From Vicinamibacteria bacterium (GTDB lineage Bacteria; Acidobacteriota; Vicinamibacteria; Marinacidobacterales; Marinacidobacteraceae): a stretch of DNA of 64,000 bases. The notes under the pieces are model-generated. The model saw nothing but the letters and a program-made list of their open reading frames with translations, had not been told where the DNA came from and did no database searches. The stretch covers positions 1,472,001 through 1,536,000 of the forward strand of contig CAXXLQ010000004.1 in assembly GCA_963668695.2 (NCBI GenBank), given 5' to 3'. Made by a program: the position numbers and the translations under genes. This document shows positions 27,316 through 37,358 of this stretch, piece by piece; position 1 is the stretch's first letter, and each line of letters begins with the position of its first letter.

Positions 27316-28441
27316 GGGACGCGATGTCTCTCCCGGTGAGCAAATAAACGACGGTGGGGCAAAGGTCGCGCCGCATCACCTGCTCGGGAAACACCGCACC
27401 CTTCCGGAAGTCGGGGCCGACCCCGAGCGTCCAGACGTTGTGTGCGTAGTAGTTCCCTTGCGAATGATGGAGCTGTCCGTACACGTTGACCTCATCGTCG
27501 CGTCCGCATTCGGGTCGAAGCAGGATCGCGGTGGTGTCGCGCAGGTACGGGTCGTTCTGAATGAAATCGTGCAGGTTGCCGATGAGCTCGTCGGTGGCCG
27601 CGATGTGCCGCCGGTACTGCTCGTAGTCGGTGTCGTAGTCCCAAAAGCCCGCGTCGCCGTGGGCATCGTCGAGAGCGAGCATCTGGATGGTGATCAGCTT
27701 CGGGCGGAAATCCCGAAGCAGATGCTTGGCGATCTCGAAGCACTGTCCGTCGCCGAGCGGCACTTCCCGGTCCACGAGCGAGGTCTTCGTCGACGCCGGA
27801 ACGTCGGTTCGCCGGGATGCCGCGTCGGCGAGCCAGTCCTCGAGATCCTTCCGGGTTTGGCGGGTGTGACCAAGCCCCGGTTCGATGTTGGCCTTCACCA
27901 ATTGCGCTGCCGACGCTTCCTGGTCGTCGTGGAACAGCTTGTTCATGGTCAGCGAATTCGCGCCGAACGGGAGCCCCCCGTCCGGGTGCGCGCTCCAGTG
28001 CTTCCGGTCGAAAACCCACGACCGGTAGTAGCTGACTCCCTGCAGCATCCAGTAGTCGTTCACCGAGCCGCCGAGTTCCTTCCGGACGGTCTCGGTCCAG
28101 GTCGGATAGAGCGGATGCTCCGAAACGGTTTCCCGGCCGGTCAGCATCTCGGTGTACATGTAGCCGTGGAGGTTCGCGGTCTCGCCAAAGTCTTCGGTGA
28201 AGACGCTCCCGGCTTCCATCATCCGCGCCATGTGCGGTGCATGCGCGGGGTCCTCGACGGTGTCCTTCTTCCGGCAACCGTTGCCGTAGAGGATGACAAC
28301 CAGGTGCTTCGTTTTCAGGCTCTGGTCGGGAACGACGGGGGCGCGCTCAGGGGTGGCGGCCAGCAGCCGGTCTGCCGCGCCGCTCAAACCGAGGGCCGCG
28401 GCGCCCGCGGCGCCCAGAAAGTGACGGCGATTCATGCTCAT
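27218..28441 (-). CDS. Tat-exported alkaline-phosphatase-superfamily-like protein
   Basis: MSMNRRHFLGAAG twin-arginine signal; KHLVVIL, EMLTG, LDDAH, IAATDELIG, TTAILLRPECGR; ATGA overlap with the upstream gene. Confidence 0.75.
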   Translation of the reverse strand: MSMNRRHFLGAAGAAALGLSGAADRLLAATPERAPVVPDQSLKTKHLVVILYGNGCRKKDTVEDPAHAPHMARMMEAGSVFTEDFGETANLHGYMYTEMLTGRETVSEHPLYPTWTETVRKELGGSVNDYWMLQGVSYYRSWVFDRKHWSAHPDGGLPFGANSLTMNKLFHDDQEASAAQLVKANIEPGLGHTRQTRKDLEDWLADAASRRTDVPASTKTSLVDREVPLGDGQCFEIAKHLLRDFRPKLITIQMLALDDAHGDAGFWDYDTDYEQYRRHIAATDELIGNLHDFIQNDPYLRDTTAILLRPECGRDDEVNVYGQLHHSQGNYYAHNVWTLGVGPDFRKGAVFPEQVMRRDLCPTVVYLLTGRDIASHVTGSVRTQMFHEEYRLPAYVLRDRFGNPIKA

Positions 28442-29988
28442 TGTCGAGGCTTCTCCTTTGCCGTCGTTGCCTTTTTCTTCTCGGGGAGGAACAAGACCTC
28501 CAGGCCGCGGATCTCCTCGTCGCGCACCGGGTTGAGGTTCAGGTAGTTCTGTGCCCGGTCGGAAATGTTCACCCGGGACACCGTATAGGCGCCGCGCTCC
28601 TGCCACTCCTTGATCTTCAGGGTTCCGCGAAAGACGTTCGGTTGCGGCACCAGCGAGGGCCGGTTCAGCGGCGGGTTCTTGCTTTCGAGTTCGACCCGGA
28701 CCAGATCCGCCCCGCTCGGGCTCCGGAAGGACACGTAGACCTTGTCCACCCCACTGAGGTTGTCTTCCACGAGCGCCGCGACGGGAATGGACTCGCTGGC
28801 GAGAGCCTCCCGTTGGGGAAGTTCGACGGCGAGCAACACCGGTGCTTCGTCGTCCCGCTTTTCCGGGTTCTCCGTTACGAGAACGTTCACATCCCGAAGC
28901 ACCGGAGCGGTCGCGGCGAAGATCAGTGCGCCGTTTCGCGCCGCGTCGTAAAGCTCGACCTTCTGGATCCGCCACCTCCCGCCTTCGTACCACTCGGGAA
29001 TCGAGAAGGCACCGAGGAAACGCCCCGGGCGCCGGGAATCGCCGATGAGATCCGCCCGTACCGCCCGCCTCCCGGACGGGCTGACGAACACCGCCCGCGC
29101 CTGCGCCGGCCCCGCGAGATTGTCCTCCGCAAAGGCCTCGACCCGGATGGCCTGCCCGACGTCAACCTCCGGGGTCAGGATCTCGACGGAGCGGAGGGTG
29201 GGTGGCGTCACGTCCGCCTCCGGGTTCTTTGAGACCACGAAGTAGGCGGGACTGCCGTCCGCGGCCCGCATGACCGGGTTGAACTCGGTGGAATACGCCT
29301 TCTTGTGCCCGTGCTCGTCGGTGATCATGGTGGAGCCGACGTTGTAGCGGCCCCCGGGGTGGTGGCGGTCCACCTTGCCGCGCCCGAGGTAGAGGTTCTT
29401 GTCCTTCTCGTGCGGCTTGAAGTTCACGTAGATGACCGAGGCCCGGCCGTATTGCTGACTCCAGAACTCGGCTACGAAACGCCGTCCCTTCTCGAAGGCC
29501 GGCTCCACCTTGGCGATCGCCCGCACCGTATCTCCGGGGTCCACCTCCAGATCAATGACCCGGAACTCCGTCAGGGCGGTCGAGCGATGGTCCCCGCTGA
29601 GGTTCCGCTGGGACGGCTGGGCGCCGCGCCGGCGGTACTGGAAGACCTCCGGGATGTAATCCTCATCGGAGACTCCGAGTTGGCCGGTAACGTCGGCGCT
29701 CGCCGGTTCGGTTCCCAGGGTTACATCCTCGACGATCTCGAAGGGGTAGGCAGCCGGATCGGGGTGTTTCTCGTGGCCCTTCTCTTCTTCGGGGGTGTTC
29801 TTGCCGGGGGTCTTCTGGCCGGAAACAGCCTGTTGTTCGGCAGACGGCGACCCGGTTCCTGGAGCCATCGCCTGAGCGAACGCGGGAGACAGACCGAGCG
29901 CCGCAGCGAACAGGACGGGGAACAGGACGGGGAACAGAATGGGCCAAGCCGCCCTGCCGACGACCCGGGGGGCTGTTAACCGCAGCAT
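28438..29988 (-). CDS. Secreted protein with about three repeated beta-sandwich (Ig-like) domains
   Basis: Signal peptide; repeats D-x2-P-x-L...EDNL-x-G...F-x-SPSG...F-x-G...W-x-E-x-G...D-x-A-x-N. Confidence 0.75.
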   Translation of the reverse strand: MLRLTAPRVVGRAAWPILFPVLFPVLFAAALGLSPAFAQAMAPGTGSPSAEQQAVSGQKTPGKNTPEEEKGHEKHPDPAAYPFEIVEDVTLGTEPASADVTGQLGVSDEDYIPEVFQYRRRGAQPSQRNLSGDHRSTALTEFRVIDLEVDPGDTVRAIAKVEPAFEKGRRFVAEFWSQQYGRASVIYVNFKPHEKDKNLYLGRGKVDRHHPGGRYNVGSTMITDEHGHKKAYSTEFNPVMRAADGSPAYFVVSKNPEADVTPPTLRSVEILTPEVDVGQAIRVEAFAEDNLAGPAQARAVFVSPSGRRAVRADLIGDSRRPGRFLGAFSIPEWYEGGRWRIQKVELYDAARNGALIFAATAPVLRDVNVLVTENPEKRDDEAPVLLAVELPQREALASESIPVAALVEDNLSGVDKVYVSFRSPSGADLVRVELESKNPPLNRPSLVPQPNVFRGTLKIKEWQERGAYTVSRVNISDRAQNYLNLNPVRDEEIRGLEVLFLPEKKKATTAKEKPRQ

Positions 29989-30172
29989 CGAAACACCCGC
30001 ACCTGAAGAACCCGAACCTGAAGAACCCGAATGGGGCCGCGCCAGTCAGACTCCTTGGGAGAGACGATCATCGCGGACACCCGAGAACGCGACGGGCCAA
30101 TATATCATCCGCCCCCCGACGCGCCGTCCGGCCCAGGAAGGGCGATCTCCCCGGCGCTTGCCTGAAGAAAAC

Positions 30173-31480
30173 ATGCCTCTTTTTGCCCGGCGTTTCGGCC
30201 ACATGGGTACCGAAAACGCGTTCAAGATCGGGGAAGACGTGGCCCGCGCCCGCGCCCGCGGCGTGGATGTCATTCCCTTCACCATCGGCGAACCCGACTT
30301 CGACAGCGCCCCGCACATCAACGAAGCCGGGATCGCCGCCATCCGCGCCGGGGACACCCACTACACGGACCCCGCCGGGATCGCTCCGCTCCGGGAAGCC
30401 CTGGCCAGCTACGTGTCCCGGACGCGCGGCATCGAGGTGACCGCGGATCGGATCATCGTCCTCCCGGGGGCGAAGCCGGCCATCGGCTACACGATGATGG
30501 CCTACGTGGACCCCGGCGACGAGGTCATCTATCCGAGCCCGGGGTTCCCGATTTACGAATCGTGGGTGACCTATCTCGGGGGCGTGCCGAAACCGCTCGT
30601 TCTCCGCGAAGAGCGCGGCTTCTCCTTCACGGTGGAGGATCTCGACCGGTTGCTCACGGAAAAGACGAAGGTCCTGATGCTGTGCTCCCCCTCGAATCCC
30701 ACGGGCGGGGTACTTCCGAAGAGCCTGCTCGAGGAGGTTGCCGCATTGGTGCGCGAGCGCGGCCGTCCGGACATCCGCATCTATTCGGATGAGATCTACG
30801 AGCACATCACCTTCGATGGCTTCGAACATACATCGATGGCTTCCCTTCCGGGAATGGAGGGGAACACGATCATCGCGAGCGGACACTCGAAGGGCTACGC
30901 GATGACCGGCTGGCGGCTCGGGTGGTGCGTGCTGCCCACCGTGGAGGAGGCCATCCGGTTCAAGCAGATCAACATCAACACGGTGAGCTGCGTTCCGCCC
31001 TTCATTCAGCAGGCGGCCCGCGAGGCGCTCGAGAACCCCAAGACCCTTGAGGTGGTGGGTTCGATGGTGGCGGAGTTCAAGCGGCGCCGCGACTACGTGG
31101 TGCCGGCGCTCAACGCCGTCCACGGGATCCGCTGCGCGAATCCGCTTGGCGCCTTCTACGTGTTTCCGAACATCTCGGGCGTCTGTGAATCCCTGGGCGC
31201 CACGGCGCACTTCGATTCGCTGCCGGATTCCCGGAAGGCGGGGACCAGTCCCGCAACCCTGGTGTCCCGTTTCCTCCTCTACTACCACGGGGTCGCCCTG
31301 GTGGACCGCCGCAGCTTTGGCGTCATCGGCAGCGAGGGACAGGACTTCCTCCGCCTCTCCTACGCGGCGGACATGGATTCGCTCCGGGAGGGAATCCGCC
31401 GGATCGCTGCCGGCGCGGCCGACCACGACGGGTTCCCCCGCTTCCTCGACGATCACATTGCCCTGGGAATCGCCGCATGA
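30173..31480 (+). CDS. PLP-dependent aminotransferase class I/II (aspartate aminotransferase-like)
   Basis: IGEPDF, SPSNPTG, SDEIY, SKGYAMTGWRLG, LRLSYA. Confidence 0.95.
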   Translation: MPLFARRFGHMGTENAFKIGEDVARARARGVDVIPFTIGEPDFDSAPHINEAGIAAIRAGDTHYTDPAGIAPLREALASYVSRTRGIEVTADRIIVLPGAKPAIGYTMMAYVDPGDEVIYPSPGFPIYESWVTYLGGVPKPLVLREERGFSFTVEDLDRLLTEKTKVLMLCSPSNPTGGVLPKSLLEEVAALVRERGRPDIRIYSDEIYEHITFDGFEHTSMASLPGMEGNTIIASGHSKGYAMTGWRLGWCVLPTVEEAIRFKQININTVSCVPPFIQQAAREALENPKTLEVVGSMVAEFKRRRDYVVPALNAVHGIRCANPLGAFYVFPNISGVCESLGATAHFDSLPDSRKAGTSPATLVSRFLLYYHGVALVDRRSFGVIGSEGQDFLRLSYAADMDSLREGIRRIAAGAADHDGFPRFLDDHIALGIAA

Positions 31481-32499
31481 GCCGCATCTTCGTTACCCGC
31501 CCCATTCCGGAAGCCGGTCTCGCCGTCCTGCGCGCCGCGGCTGAGGTCGAGGTGGCGCCTACTGCCGACGGTGATTCGACCCCGCGGGACCAGGTGCTGG
31601 CCGGCGCCCGCAGCGCCGATGTTCATGTCTCCTTGTTGACCGAAGCGGTGGACCGGGAACTCATGGAATCGGCCCCGCAGTTGCTGGGGGTCGCCAACTA
31701 CGCCGTCGGTTTCAACAACGTGGACGTGCCGGCGGCTACCGAACTCGGGCTACCCATCACCAACACCCCGGGCGTCCTCACCGACACCACGGCCGACCTC
31801 GCCTGGGCGCTCCTTATGGCGGTGGCCCGACAGATCGTTCCCGCCGACGCCTACATGCGACAGGGTCGCTACCGGATCTGGGGGCCGTCGCTCATGCTGG
31901 GCGCCGACGTGAGCCCCGGGGGCGATGAGCGCCGGAAAGTTCTGGGGGTCGTCGGCTTCGGGCGGATCGGCCAGACGATGCACAAGCGGGCGCAGGGTTT
32001 CGACATGGACGTGCTCGCCTTCGATCCACCCATGAAGGCGATCATCGAGGCCCGCCCGGATGTGGAGTACGCGGAGTTCGATGAACTGCTCGCTCGCAGC
32101 GACTTCGTCACGATCCACACGGATCTCAACCCCTCGACGCATCATCTGTTCAATGCGGACGCCTTTGCCCGGATGAAGAAGACCGCGATCCTGATCAACA
32201 CCGCGCGCGGCCCGGTAGTGGATGAAGCGGCGCTCGTGGACGCCCTCAAGTCGGGTCAGATCGGTGGGGCCGGCCTCGACGTGTTCGAGCACGAGCCGGC
32301 CTTCCATCCGGGACTCGCCGAGTGTGACCAGGTGGTGATGCTTCCGCACGTCGCCAGCGGCAGCGTGGCTACCCGGGACCGGATGGCCACGATGTGCGCC
32401 GAGAACGCGGTCGCTCACCTGACCCGGAAGCGCGCGCCGAACTGCGTGAACCCGGAGGTCTACGAAACCGAAGCGTACCGGCGGCGCATCGATCGTTAG
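31477..32499 (+). CDS. Glyoxylate reductase / D-glycerate dehydrogenase
   Basis: AVGFNNVD, NTPGVLTDTTAD, GFGRIG, INTARG, GLDVFEHEP, PHVAS. Confidence 0.93.
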   Translation: MSRIFVTRPIPEAGLAVLRAAAEVEVAPTADGDSTPRDQVLAGARSADVHVSLLTEAVDRELMESAPQLLGVANYAVGFNNVDVPAATELGLPITNTPGVLTDTTADLAWALLMAVARQIVPADAYMRQGRYRIWGPSLMLGADVSPGGDERRKVLGVVGFGRIGQTMHKRAQGFDMDVLAFDPPMKAIIEARPDVEYAEFDELLARSDFVTIHTDLNPSTHHLFNADAFARMKKTAILINTARGPVVDEAALVDALKSGQIGGAGLDVFEHEPAFHPGLAECDQVVMLPHVASGSVATRDRMATMCAENAVAHLTRKRAPNCVNPEVYETEAYRRRIDR

Positions 32500-32502
32500 C
32501 GT

Positions 32503-32591
32503 CCCGTGGAGAAAGTGCCGCGCCTTTCCCGCGCGCCAGCCAGTCCCCGGATTTACGGATCGTTGAGGAAGCGCGGCGCTTTCTCCACGGG
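32503..32591. repeat. 21-bp inverted repeat pair (mini-MITE or terminator-like stem)
   Basis: CCCGTGGAGAAAGTGCCGCGC / GCGCGGCGCTTTCTCCACGGG with one mismatch. Confidence 0.6.
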
Positions 32592-32740
32592 GAGGTTCCG
32601 CGAATCGCTGCGCGATTCACTCCACCTTTTCCTGCGGGGAGGGAACACCCCTCCCCGCACCCCACCCCGGCGGCGCTCCGCGCCGCATGGTACGTGTCTA
32701 CTCGCAGTCACTCCAGACTGAGAAGACACGAGGCCGCGCG

Positions 32741-34243
32741 ATGACCCAGACGTTCGTCATCGTCACGGTCGCCGCCTACCTGCTGGGACTCCTGTTCCTG
32801 GGCGCCGTCGCCTCCACCCGCATCCGGAACGTCACCGATTTCGTCGTCGCGGGCCGCCGGCTCGGCCTGGGACTCTGCACCTTCACCCTCTTTGCCACCT
32901 GGTTCGGGGGCGGAACGATGATTGGAGCGGCCGGGGCCGCCTACGCGGGCGGCTTGAACGCGGTGGTCGCCGATCCCTTTGGCGCTGCGCTCTGCCTGCT
33001 CCTCGCCGGCGCGTTCTACGTAAGGCTCCTGCGGCGCATGCGCCTGCTCACCGTTCCCGACTTCTTCCGCCGCCGGTTCGGCAGGCCGGCGGAGATCCTT
33101 TCCGCGCTCTCCATTCTCCCTGCCTACATCGGCTGGGTGGGCTCACAGCTCCTGGCGGTCGGCACCGTGCTCTCGGCAATGGCGGGCCTTCCCTTCATCG
33201 CCAGCATCCTCATTGCCGCTGCCATCGTGCTCATCTACACGGTGCTCGGCGGGATGTGGGGGGTGACCCTCACCGACTTCTTCCAGGCGCTGGTCCTGAT
33301 CGCGGCGATCGTGCTCCTGCTTCCCATCGTTCTCGGGGAAGCCGGCGGCATTGCCGCGGTGCTCGACCGTCTACCGGAGGGGCGCACGCGCTTCCTGCCC
33401 ACCGGCGGGCTGCTGGAATGGCTCTTCTTCGTACAGGCCTGGCTGGTGATCGGGCTCGGCAACCTCCCCGGCCAGGACCTGATGCAGCGGGCGTTCAGTT
33501 CCAAGAGCGAAAGGGTGGCGCAGTGGGCCGCCTACTTCGGGGGTTCGCTCTACCTGGTGGTCGGCCTCATCCCGGTGGCGCTCGGGCTGATCGGTTCGGT
33601 GCTCATGCCGGGGCTTCAGAACCCGGAAGAGATCGTGCCGCGTCTCGCCATGGCGTACCTGCCGCCAGTGGGTCTCGCCCTCTTCCTGGGCGCGCTCTTT
33701 TCGGCGCTCATGAGTTCGGCGGACAGCGGACTGCTCGCCCCGGCAAGCATCTTCGGGCAGAACATCATGCGGAACGTGGCGCCCGACCTGAAGCCCAAGG
33801 AGGTGCTCCTCGCCGTTCGGGTGGGCGTCGTCATCTTCTGCGGACTGGCGCTGGCGGTAGCCCTCTGGTTCCAGAGCGTCTATTCGCTGATGGTCGAGTC
33901 CTGGACCGTCATGATGGTGGGGCTGTTTGGCCCGCTCACCCTGGGGATGTACTGGAAACGGACGAACGGTCCGGGAGCCGTGTGCGGCATCGTCGCCGGA
34001 CTGGCGACCTGGCTGGGGCTCATCGGGGTGGAAATGGTCTGGGGCGCCGTGTCGCCCGGAAACGTGACGGAGCTTCCCAACGCTCTGATCGCCACCCCCG
34101 TTTCCCTGCTGGCGACCGTAGTGGTGTCCCTGCTGACCGCGAAGAGCCATCCCCCGCGGGTGCTCACCGATGCCTCGGGGCGGCCGATCGAGGAACAGGG
34201 TCGTCTCGGGACCCTGGGTCTCCGCCGCCCGGCGTCCGCTTGA
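32741..34243 (+). CDS. Sodium:solute symporter
   Basis: DFVVAGRRL, ATWFGGG, YTVLGGMWGV..TDFFQ, SALMSSADS, about 13 TM helices. Confidence 0.95.
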   Translation: MTQTFVIVTVAAYLLGLLFLGAVASTRIRNVTDFVVAGRRLGLGLCTFTLFATWFGGGTMIGAAGAAYAGGLNAVVADPFGAALCLLLAGAFYVRLLRRMRLLTVPDFFRRRFGRPAEILSALSILPAYIGWVGSQLLAVGTVLSAMAGLPFIASILIAAAIVLIYTVLGGMWGVTLTDFFQALVLIAAIVLLLPIVLGEAGGIAAVLDRLPEGRTRFLPTGGLLEWLFFVQAWLVIGLGNLPGQDLMQRAFSSKSERVAQWAAYFGGSLYLVVGLIPVALGLIGSVLMPGLQNPEEIVPRLAMAYLPPVGLALFLGALFSALMSSADSGLLAPASIFGQNIMRNVAPDLKPKEVLLAVRVGVVIFCGLALAVALWFQSVYSLMVESWTVMMVGLFGPLTLGMYWKRTNGPGAVCGIVAGLATWLGLIGVEMVWGAVSPGNVTELPNALIATPVSLLATVVVSLLTAKSHPPRVLTDASGRPIEEQGRLGTLGLRRPASA

Positions 34244-34917
34244 CGATCGCGAATCCAAAGGTGTCCACGCCTCGCTGGAGAATCGCGCCCACCGCGGCTC
34301 AACACGCGGAGGCGCTGGCCGAGCTCCAGCGCATCGTCTTTCCGACTCTGGACCCGTCGGAGCGCTTCGGTGCCGACCACTACCGCCGGCACGTCGAAAT
34401 CTTTCCCGGGGGTCAGTTCGTGGCCCTCGACGACGGGCGGCCGGAGACCCCGATTGCGGCGACCACGACCCTCCGGCTGAATCTCGATCTTGAGCATCCG
34501 CAGCACCGCTTCCCGGAGTTCCTGGGAGGGTTGTCGCTCAGTGCTCATGATCCGGCCGGGGAGTGGCTCTACGGGGCCGATCTCGGGGTCCACCCGGCCT
34601 GGAGGAGGCGAGGTATTGCCCGGGCGCTCTACGCGGCCCGGCAATCCGCCGCCGTTCAGCTCGGCCTGCGCGGCCAGCTCACCGTCGGCATGCTCAACGG
34701 CTACGGGGCGGTCGCCGATCGGATGAGCGCCGAGGAGTACTACGAGCAACTGGTGGCGGGGGTCCTCGAGGACCCCACGGTTTCCGCCCAGCTGCGGATC
34801 GGGTTTCGGCCGGGAGGACTGATTCCGGACTACGTTCAGGACCCGCGTTGCGGGGGCTACGGCGTCCTGCTCACCCTTCCGGTCGATCGTTGGCAGCCTG
34901 TGGTGGAACCCGCGTGA
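34240..34917 (+). CDS. GNAT family N-acetyltransferase
   Basis: FPGGQFVA, LYGADLGVHPAWRRRGIARALY, DPTVSAQLRIGF; TTG 34240 or GTG 34261; last codons lie within MITE locus 4. Confidence 0.88.
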   Translation: MTIANPKVSTPRWRIAPTAAQHAEALAELQRIVFPTLDPSERFGADHYRRHVEIFPGGQFVALDDGRPETPIAATTTLRLNLDLEHPQHRFPEFLGGLSLSAHDPAGEWLYGADLGVHPAWRRRGIARALYAARQSAAVQLGLRGQLTVGMLNGYGAVADRMSAEEYYEQLVAGVLEDPTVSAQLRIGFRPGGLIPDYVQDPRCGGYGVLLTLPVDRWQPVVEPA

Positions 34918-35125
34918 GCGCCGAGGCCGGTGAGGCGCTTGGCTGACAAGGCGCGTGAGGGAGGAATACCGGGTGTATTCCGACCGAAACGCAACGATGA
35001 GCGGCGCGCAGCGACGCGGTCAGCCGGGATGGATCGCCGGCCGAACGCCGCGCGGGTTTCATCACCGGCTGTTTGGCCGGGATGGATCGCCGGGCGAACG
35101 CCGCCGGGGTTTCACCACAGGCTGT
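34893..35125. mobile_element. MITE locus 4: insert-free 180-bp backbone (34893-35072) plus a fragment of an outer copy; reverse orientation
   Basis: GCAGCCTGTGGTGG ... CACCGGCTGT and ... CCACAGGCTGT; contains no 18-nt unit. Confidence 0.85.
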
Positions 35126-35306
35126 TAGGTCCCCGCTCGGGAACCGAGTGCCTAGCGCCAGTCACGGGCCCATCTGTAACATTCGCGGGTCACGCGCGTA
35201 GCGATAGCAAAGGCATTCCTTGATCCGCCCGCAAGGCGGTTGCCGGGTTCCCGGCAGGGGTCTGGAACCTTTGGGGAACGCGCCTCGTAGCGTCTGATGA
35301 CTCCGC

Positions 35307-36542
35307 ATGACTCCCGCCAAACCCGCCGACCGGCTCGCCGAACTGAAGATCGGTGACGAACAGCGCGGTTCGCGTCCGTTTGCGCTCGTCACCGCGATCA
35401 TCGGCGGGATCCTGGTTATCGGGGGTGGGGTATCGGCGGTCTTCCTCCTCGGGTCGGAACCGGAGGTGCTCGCTGTCCGCACGGCGCGGGTGCGCTCGGT
35501 CTCGGTAGACGCCGGGACCACGGTCCTCAACGCGAGCGGCTACGTGACCGCGCGCCGGCAAGCCACCGTCTCATCCAAGACGGCGGGGCAGATCATCGAG
35601 ATCGCCATCGAGGAAGGCATGGAGGTGATCGCCGGGCAGGTGCTCGCACGGCTCGACTCCTCGAACCTGGAGCGGAGTTTCGAGTTGGCGGAAGCGCAGA
35701 CGGCGGTGGCCCGGAAGGCGGTTCTCGAAGTGGAGGCCCAGCTTGCCGAGGCGCGTCTTCGCCAGGAGCGGACCAGACGCCTCGTGGAAGAGCGGGTAGC
35801 CGGACAGGCGGACCTTGACCGGGTCAATGGAGAGGTAGCGACCCTGGAAGCGCGGTTCGAGCGCCAGCAGGAGGACATCCGGGTTTCGGAGCGGCGGGCG
35901 GACGTCATCGGCCAGCAGATCGAGGACATGGTGATCCGGGCGCCCTTCGACGGCGTCATCACCGCCAAAAACGCCCAGCCGGGCGAGATGATGTCCCCAA
36001 TCGCCGGAGGCGCCGGCTTCACCCGTACCGGCATCGGCACCATCGTGGACATGACCTCGCTGGAGATCGAGGTGGATGTCAACGAGGCATACATCAACCG
36101 GGTATCGCCCGGGCAGCCGGTGGATGCGGTCCTCGACTCCTACGACGACTGGACGATCCCGGCGCGGGTGATCGCGATCATTCCGACGGCCGACCGCGAC
36201 CGGGCCACGGTCCGGGTGCGGATCGGCTTCGACGAACTGGACCCCCGGATCCTGCCGGACATGGGGGTCAAGGTGAGTTTCCGCTCCGCGGAAGCGGAAC
36301 CGGAAGAGGCCCCGGAGGGTCTGCTGGTCGAAGCCGCGGCGGTCTTTCAGGACACTGGGCGGGACCTGGTCTATCTGGTGCGCGACGGACGGGTCCAGCG
36401 CCGGGCGGTCCGGCTGGGCGACCGCCGCGGATCCGATGTGTTTGTGCTCTCCGGGCTCGTGGAGGGTGACCGGGTCGTCGTGGAGGGGCCCCCCGGCCTC
36501 GCGGACGGCGCGGAAGTCGTGGAAGCGGCCACGGCCCCGTGA
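35307..36542 (+). CDS. Efflux membrane fusion protein (HlyD/MacA-like)
   Basis: N-terminal TM; LNASGYVTARRQATVSSK, IRAPFDGVI, EVDVNE. Confidence 0.93.
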   Translation: MTPAKPADRLAELKIGDEQRGSRPFALVTAIIGGILVIGGGVSAVFLLGSEPEVLAVRTARVRSVSVDAGTTVLNASGYVTARRQATVSSKTAGQIIEIAIEEGMEVIAGQVLARLDSSNLERSFELAEAQTAVARKAVLEVEAQLAEARLRQERTRRLVEERVAGQADLDRVNGEVATLEARFERQQEDIRVSERRADVIGQQIEDMVIRAPFDGVITAKNAQPGEMMSPIAGGAGFTRTGIGTIVDMTSLEIEVDVNEAYINRVSPGQPVDAVLDSYDDWTIPARVIAIIPTADRDRATVRVRIGFDELDPRILPDMGVKVSFRSAEAEPEEAPEGLLVEAAAVFQDTGRDLVYLVRDGRVQRRAVRLGDRRGSDVFVLSGLVEGDRVVVEGPPGLADGAEVVEAATAP

Positions 36543-36566
36543 TTTCGGGGCAAGGAGAACTCTCAG

Positions 36567-37358
36567 ATGAGTGAAACAGGGATTTCGGAAGGGATTTCGG
36601 AAACGGACGGCGGAAACGGAGCCGCGGCGGAAGCGATGGTGGATGTGCGGAACGTCACCCGGACCTTCCGCCGCGGCCGGACGCCGGTTCCGGTGTTGCG
36701 GGGCTTCACCCTGCGCATGGAAAAGGGAGATTTCCTCGCGCTCATGGGCCCCTCGGGCTCCGGGAAGTCCACGCTCTTGAACCTCGTTGCCGGGCTCGAC
36801 CGGCCGACCAGCGGCGAAGTGATCGTGGGCGGTTCCCCGATTCACAGCCTCTCCGAGCGGCGCCTGGCCGGCTGGAGGGCCCGCAACATCGGGTTCATCT
36901 TCCAGTTCTCGAACCTCCTCGGGGCGCTGAACGCCGAACGGAACGTCGCGGTGCCACTGCTGCTGACCTCGTTTTCCGCCCGCGAGCGACGCCGCCGGGT
37001 TGCCATCGCCCTCGAAATCGTCGGCCTTTCCGATCGGGCCAAACACCGTCCCCGGGAACTCTCGGGCGGTGAGCAGCAACGGGTCGGCATTGCTCGCGCT
37101 CTGGTGAACGATCCGGCGCTCCTGGTGTGCGACGAGCCGACCGGGGATCTCGACCGGGGGACGAGCAACGAGATTCTCGATCTGCTGGTGGCTCTCAACC
37201 GCGACCAGGGGAAGACCATCCTGATGGTGACGCACGACCCGGTCGCTGCGGAGCGTGCCTCCCGGGTGCTCCATCTCGAGGACGGCCGGCTGGCCGACTG
37301 CGGACACGACGGGACGATCGTGATGCCCGTCCACGAACCGGCCGGGGCGGCGGTATGA
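36567..37358 (+). CDS. ABC transporter ATP-binding protein (MacB/LolD-like)
   Basis: GPSGSGKST, LSGGEQQRV, DEPTGDLD, VTHD. Confidence 0.96.
   Translation: MSETGISEGISETDGGNGAAAEAMVDVRNVTRTFRRGRTPVPVLRGFTLRMEKGDFLALMGPSGSGKSTLLNLVAGLDRPTSGEVIVGGSPIHSLSERRLAGWRARNIGFIFQFSNLLGALNAERNVAVPLLLTSFSARERRRRVAIALEIVGLSDRAKHRPRELSGGEQQRVGIARALVNDPALLVCDEPTGDLDRGTSNEILDLLVALNRDQGKTILMVTHDPVAAERASRVLHLEDGRLADCGHDGTIVMPVHEPAGAAV

Noticed and set aside
33256-34239. Long N-terminal part of the 553-aa ORF fused to the GNAT domain
   Set aside because: Alternative-frame overlap with the symporter gene; low-complexity Arg/Gly/Ala-rich translation.
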